Below are positions 40,701 to 46,190 of a stretch of 46,190 nt of DNA, in pieces (position 1 is the first letter of the stretch; every line of letters starts with the position of its first letter). Origin of the DNA: Catajapyx aquilonaris (Eukaryota); contig KZ538820.1 of NCBI GenBank assembly GCA_000934665.2, positions 1 to 46,190 of the forward strand, given 5' to 3'. The translations under genes were made by a program, and so were the position numbers. Under the pieces are notes generated by a model that saw only the letters and a program-made list of their open reading frames with translations, did not search any database and was not told where the DNA came from.

Positions 40701-43037
40701 GAAAAAAAAGAGAGATGGGAGAGAGATATTCCCCAATTTGTTCTCCATCCCCCTACCTTATCTTCTCCGTCTCCCTCGTTCCATTCCGATTCGTTTACAA
40801 CACCTCCCGACAAGACGAGATACCACGGACAGAAATGGAAAATAATGCAGCCTCGCCTTCCGGAAACACCTACCTACCTCACTTTGCATACGTGTGTCTC
40901 CTCACAAAAATCTCCAGGATCGGTCAACCCCCGTGGCGTTGCTCCAGGTTATTACAAACCCACGAGGGTTATTTATTTTTTTTGCACGAGGAAGACCTCT
41001 CAGTGTGAAGCAGGTGGTACTTTTCTTTTAACGGAATAAAATGACAAAATGGCTTCCGATAATAATTAGACTCGCATAATTCATGTCAGTCAATCTTTGG
41101 ACTCGTTCAAATCTTTTATTTCGCGACATCAAATTGCGACTCTTTCCAGAACTGTCCAGAGGCCTTTCATATATAACTATGCCAAACTCAATACCATGTT
41201 TTTCATATCATTTTGTCAGAGTGCATGTTAGGCTTTTGGAGTGATTGCTGCTGGGGCTGGCTCCCGCAATAATATTATGCATTTTTTGACAGCAATTCCG
41301 CAATAATAAATGAGCTCGGGTTCCACTTTTTTCGACGTGGAAAAAGCCGCCCCACAATCCCGCCAAGATCACAACTGCACAATTTAGAAAGGTTTACTGT
41401 TATATCAGATTATATGGAGGCTCTCCAAATGTCGCGTGTTGTCATCAGCACCGTGCTCGACGCGGTAATGGCGAAAAAGACTGTTTTTTTTCCAGTCCCT
41501 TTATTGCAGTGCTGTTACAGTCGATATTAATTTGTATATAGGACCTTAAAGCGTCCATTTTACGTTACTTGATGTCGAGGTCTGTTCACAATGTTACGAG
41601 TCAAAGTCTCTCAATTGAACAACTCCCTCCTCCGCACAGAAGGTCGCGTATATAAAAAGCCACGGTCGCTGTTTTACGTAATGAAATCTCAGCAGGTAAT
41701 GTGTCTGACACTGCCCGGCACCCAGATCGATTGATCTCTTCTGGAATCAAGCACACACACACAATATATTTAGGAAGTATAGGGAAGGAACGAACGAAAA
41801 AATGGCATATAAATGTAAATAAAAATGTGGCTCCATGTAGAGGCATATATATAGAGACCTGAAAAGTCACGCGAGGGAATATTGACAGGACCTTTAGTGG
41901 TGCATCAAAGCAGGGGCTCTCTTGCTCCTGCAGGGACACCCATTTCATCGAACAAACAGCGTTAAATTTAAAGGATGGGGCTGCGGATGGGAGGGGGGGG
42001 GCGGAAAAAAGGGAAAAGAGCTTGGGATGCGACAAGAATGCGATAAAAGTGTGGGGAGCAGGATGAGAAGGAAAGAAAAAAAAAGAGGACCGAGAGATTA
42101 AATTAAGGAGATGGAAACTTTCTTGAAGGAGGGAGAGAGGGAAGGTCCAGACTCCCAATTGCCCCAAGTTGCAATTCGCATCTGGCAGGTAATTCATTTG
42201 CGCCATTACCATGCATAAAAAGGTTGCTGCTGGGAAAAGGGGGGGGGGGAGAAAGAACAACGTTTTAGCCTAATTTCATTTAGAGGGGGTGGGGGTCGAT
42301 ATATAATACGAACCACCCTGTATATCGCAATTGGAAAATTGATAGACGTTATCGTCACATCTTGAAAAAGCAGCCTGCGCAAAAACTACAACGGCCAGAA
42401 ATTGGGGTTGGCCATACTAATTGCAAACTTCAAAATCGATATTTTCCATGAAATTCGAGCTGTACATATATTTATACTGAGGCCACAAAAACAAAAGGAA
42501 TTGAAAAATAGATTCGCGAGCGGTCATGCATAATATCTGAGCCCCATTACGGTATAAATCGACCAGAGGATAAACTATTCATAGATCAGCGCCTGTCTGT
42601 TCCCCTCCCCAACCCACCCAATGTACTATACAGATATCAGGTGCGTCTATTTCGGATGGTCCGTGACCAGCACACGTGGCCACATGCGCAATGCGTCATA
42701 ACTATGCTCCTTGTATAGAGCACATGCAACAGGTATACTCGATCGCCATGCATATAAAGGGAGGACTTTCCCAGAATATTGCATAACCCGCGCATATAAA
42801 TAAGATAGTGCCGTCTGTGCCGACCAACATTTCATATATATAATTATGATTGAAGGAGACGTGCCTGTATGGTCCTTTGTTCCTCCTGGCTGCGATGGGT
42901 GTTGGCTCGCTTGAGAACGTGTACATGGCTTGACCACTGGCTGACCCCCTGGCCACCATTCCCCCCTGATCTGGAGGCCCTGCGATCACGGCCCCTCTGC
43001 TGCCTCCTCCTCCGCCTCCAGTGCTGCTACCCGGCAT
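25720..43037 (-). CDS. RSPH3: Radial spoke head protein 3 homolog. Isoform A exons 43037-42865, 30009-29889, 27013-26281, 26223-26137, 26066-25720 (1461 nt, 486 aa); isoform B replaces the first exon with 36138-35768 + 34426-34061 (2025 nt, 674 aa)
   Basis: Conserved RSP3 blocks in order: YT[F/Y]SSxP, LMYDRRIVRGNTF, TPPPVEGRRHIDVQTEKYLEEL, CQTDPF..RP.SPLFVPAKIG.DV.TQI.PGDLFDFD.EV.PILEVLVGKTVEQSLIEV, a coiled coil, and EVE.KF.PW. Splice phases agree at every junction. Confidence 0.88.
26137..26223 (-). CDS. RSPH3: RSPH3 penultimate exon
   Basis: TTTGCAG| acceptor; EVENKFQPWVRNEVQNELLKIALSKKIVD; donor G|GTGAGT; flanking introns 57 and 70 nt. Confidence 0.92.
26281..27013 (-). CDS. RSPH3: RSPH3 core exon (LC8-binding xQT motifs, amphipathic helices, coiled coil)
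   Basis: Long polypyrimidine tract then TAG|AACGCG (phase 0); ends CAGG|GTAAGA (phase 1); unmistakable RSP3 domain sequence. Confidence 0.95.
28749..28780. repeat. (CAG)n microsatellite in an RSPH3 intron
   Basis: Direct reading. Confidence 0.95.
29889..30009 (-). CDS. RSPH3: RSPH3 shared internal exon
   Basis: CCAAACAG| acceptor (phase 2); DAGTASNEDMMGARRRASGYHLMYDRRIVRGNTFSHPMPT contains the RSP3 MYDRRxxRGNT motif; donor ACC|GTGAGT phase 0 joins 27013. Confidence 0.9.
30064..30085. other. Assembly gap next to a (CA)n tract
   Basis: Run of N. Confidence 0.99.
34061..34426 (-). CDS. RSPH3: RSPH3 alternative 5' exon B2
   Basis: GC-rich open frame with LYTYSSQPRVV motif; strong donor AA|GTAAGT in phase 2 joins 30009 in frame. 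The acceptor (CCGCAG| at 34427) is less certain. Confidence 0.7.
35768..36138 (-). CDS. RSPH3: RSPH3 alternative first coding exon B1 (Pro/Ser-rich, low complexity)
   Basis: GC-rich ORF from ATG 36138 (MLVTEPILPVVGPMGG...) with an upstream in-frame stop; weak donor AG|GTCTCT in phase 2 compatible with B2. Confidence 0.55.
42865..43037 (-). CDS. RSPH3: RSPH3 alternative first coding exon A
   Basis: acaATG start; MPGSSTGGGGGG...MYTFSSEPTPIAARRNKGPYR; ends AG|GCACGT (GC donor, phase 2), giving 'PYR|D' on joining 30009 as in the RSP3 N-terminus. Confidence 0.72.
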
Positions 43038-43257
43038 TGTTTCTGTCTGGGGTCCACAATTTAACAACGCGAACTGACGACAACTATACTCGAAACACGC
43101 GCGGATGTTCCTCGACTCTTAAGCATGTCCCCTCGGTGTGGACCACATGGAACTAACTGACCGCCCCTTTCTCCAGTGGTCGTCAACATCAACAAACATG
43201 GGGCCATCTTGGGCGGGAGTACACAACCAACAAACGCAGTGTGGGTGGCCACCGTGG

Positions 43258-43271
43258 GTCGTCATGGAGAC
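43258..43271 (-). promoter_or_regulatory. RFX X-box upstream of RSPH3 exon A
   Basis: GTCTCC-AT-GACGAC (minus strand), one mismatch from GTCTCCATGACAAC, about 220 nt upstream of the ATG of a ciliary gene. Confidence 0.55.
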
Positions 43272-46090
43272 GTTCCTAGTAGTGGACACACAACCGACGG
43301 CGCCGGATTTTGATCGGGGAAAAAAAAAGGGCGGGAGGGAAAACAGTTGGAGCAGCCGAGCACAGATGGCGGGGAAGCCTCCGAAATCTGATGGCCTCTA
43401 ATATACCGTATTGCCCTACAACAATTACCTACGTACACCCCAAAGTGATCCGGATTATTTTTGGATCCATATTCTGCTCACGCAGAGTCGTTAGAAATAC
43501 AGCGTGGACTTTCACTTCTTTACATATTTGAGTCACGAATTTTAGTTGAAGCCTATGCAACACACACGGATGCTTCCAGCCGGTAATTATGTGCCTTAAA
43601 TGAGACGTGAACACAGTTTCTTTTTCTCAAAAAATGCATGTGTGGGCACGTGAACGAGCCTCGGGTATATAATATAATGGTGGTGAGGTGGGCACAAAAC
43701 CACAGGACATGAGCGCATATATCTCTGTTCTTGAACCTTTTCCGCCAACTTATATACTCCTCCGTATAACAACCATTTTCTGAGGGGGGGAAAAAAGCGG
43801 AAGCGGTTAAATGTTCCAAGTACTCCTTTACCCGGTATGACTTATGGGACTGCTGGCCTCCAATTTTCCAGGATAATTTCCACGCCCGAAAAAGGAGAGC
43901 CATTTTCCTGTACGAAAGTGCTGCAAAGTGGACCTAATTTGCACCAAAAAAAAAGCAAGTGCGCTGGGTCATACGTGTTTGGAGTTTCCATGTGTATGAA
44001 TCAGCCAGACACACCCTCGCGGTACATTTTTTATTTCTGTATACAACTATTGGTGGCACATTGTTGCGGATTCTTTCCTCGCTGCCAACAGCAGTTGACG
44101 TGTTGGCTGCTGTATAAATTGGGTCGAGCTGTGCTCTTCTTTCTGTGTGAGAGGCCCTGCAGCATCAGCGGCCATGGAATATAAGGGGGGAAAGGGTTGA
44201 GCGATTAAAAGCGGGGCTAGTAGTAGTAGTACTACCTGAGGGTGTCGTAAATCAAGGGCTTGGAAATTGGAATCCCAACCGCGGCTCTAATTACAGGCGT
44301 GGTCCTCTCCTGTCCAGATTTAGGACCAGAATCCGGCCAAACAACTCGCCCCCCCCCCCNCTTAGAGATATCCCTCGTCCTAACCTCCACATCTTCCTCT
44401 GGTACAAAAAGACGTCTTCACACATCATCCCTTACACGCTCTTGCATTTCGGACATACCATCACACTTACAACATGCCAACCACACACTTCCCACTCTCT
44501 GATTGACAGGCTGCATGTGCTGTATATACACAGCAGGTTGGTCGACGCATCCCCTGATTCTAAACACCCTATGTACACGTTTGGTTGTTATACACTGTAC
44601 TACACACACACACACAGAAAAAAGTGTGCGAAAGAGTTACGACACATCAGGTGACAAACTCTTACTGGTGCGATTCCAATCGTCCAAACACATGTGGGTT
44701 CCACAGACTCAGGTTGCAGGTTACTGTCACCTCCAGACTGATATCGGTTAGTTACTGAGCAGTTTGCCCTCAATTATCAGGTAGATAGGTGACAACTTTA
44801 CGGCATAAAAATTGCAATGATCACAACCGGACTGGGTACGCACCTTCAGGGCGCAATTTACGTGCTTTTTTCAAATTTATCGACCAGTTATAATTCTAGG
44901 GGGTTTACAGTCGTTAACACACCTTCAACAATGGCAACTCCGAATTTATTATAAGGGACAATCATTTTTTGACCGCCCCGTAAAGCTCTTATTATTACAG
45001 CTGCAGGCGGATCATTAAATATAATCGGTGCCCTCATTTACAGCTAAAGTGCATAATTGCAAAAAAATTATCCACTCGGGCCACTTTTAAGAAATGTAAT
45101 TTGTACAAAAGTAAATCAGTGTTTTGCAACGTGAACTAAACCATCCGATCAAACTAGTTTTTCTTATTTCTTACTATCATTTCTATTAATCACACGACTC
45201 AATATTTTGTTAGCTATTATTGCTTTCAATGCTTTGCATTGCATGGATTGCGATATGACCCGGCAGCCATTGCGCAGTGCAAGAGGAGGGCTCGTTATAA
45301 ACATGTTGATCCCCTTGCGTAACATGTAGCATTTTCCTTGAATATGAATGCAAAACTTGATTATCCGACCGAAGCGAGCCGGCCTGTGGGAGAGATAAGG
45401 ACACCAAGAGAGGAACACGCGTAATAAATAATGGTAATGATGGTAACGACAAGCGGCAATTTCCTGCACGTAACATTTTGATAGGCGCAAGAGGGTTTCG
45501 TGACTGCTAATAGCCATTCGACGCAGAAGGATGATTGCGCCCCATTCCAGCCTGATGGAGTAATTGCTCTTTTTTCAAACTACTTCCAACTCCTACAAGT
45601 GCACATACAACAATACACAGCCTGATGCTATAAACCGACAAAGATATTACCTCATCAACTTATTGCACACGAGCAAAGTTGATGTCCACGTGAATTCCGG
45701 TAGCAGGCGACAGGTGTACTAACCACTTGATATTGCACCTGCTTCTGCTCCTTCTCCCGCAAAGATGTGAGCCCAGATGGAGCATGAGGAGAGAGCCCAA
45801 TCAGCAAGGTGTGCCCCCCCCACATCCCTTTTTAGCGCACAGGTCGCGGAAGAAGAGGTCACTCGACCCCGCGTCTCTTTCTCGTAACAATATTTTACAA
45901 CTTCTTTTTTTTGGGGGACTCCAGCACGTCCGGTCTTTGCAGAGGGCACGTATGAAATCCAAGCTCGGACACAATGGACCATGAATATTTCATCCTGGAC
46001 AAGTGGAGATGGACCCGGAATTTTTTACCACATCCGGTAGCCAACTACAGGGTGCGCCCAACAGCAAATTTAGGTACAGCTACACTGCTA

Positions 46091-46190
46091 CAGTACACTC
46101 TCATTCCGTTTCCACTTACTTTTCCACTTATATGACTAAATAAGTGGAAATCGGATACTTTTATGTGGAAACGCCAAATGTAAGTGGAAC
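46091..46190. mobile_element. Possible left end of a pogo/Tigger-like MITE running off the window
   Basis: TA|CAGTACACTCTC start followed by repeated TTCCACTTA / TAAGTGGAA motifs in both orientations; the second terminus is not visible. Confidence 0.4.

Noticed and set aside
42305..42325. Orphan CACCCTGTA Tc1-like terminus (similar CAGGGTG at about 32993 and 46028; mariner-like CGAGGTCTGTTCA at about 41576)
   Set aside because: No matching opposite TIR found nearby.

Overview
Eukaryotic (animal, probably arthropod) genomic DNA with two short N gaps. Two spliced minus-strand genes can be built from splice signals and frame phases. (1) A compact five-exon PRDM13-like PR/zinc-finger gene (19819->18045, about 434 aa). 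(2) A radial spoke head protein 3 (RSPH3) gene covering about 17 kb (43037->25720). RSPH3 appears to have at least two alternative 5' coding arms. Each arm carries its own copy of the RSPH3 N-terminal 'YT[F/Y]SSxP' motif and splices in frame onto a shared 'MYDRRIVRGNT' exon; one uses a GC-AG intron downstream of an RFX X-box. Between the genes lie a roughly 790-bp palindrome made of two inverted copies of a mariner transposon 3' end, and two identically spaced E-box + Su(H)/RBPJ composite sites upstream of PRDM13. In the first 17.9 kb I found no supportable gene. It is a mosaic of diverged direct duplications, microsatellites and a TA-flanked MITE whose empty paralogous site is also in the window. 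All gene models were read by eye and are unconfirmed by transcript data.
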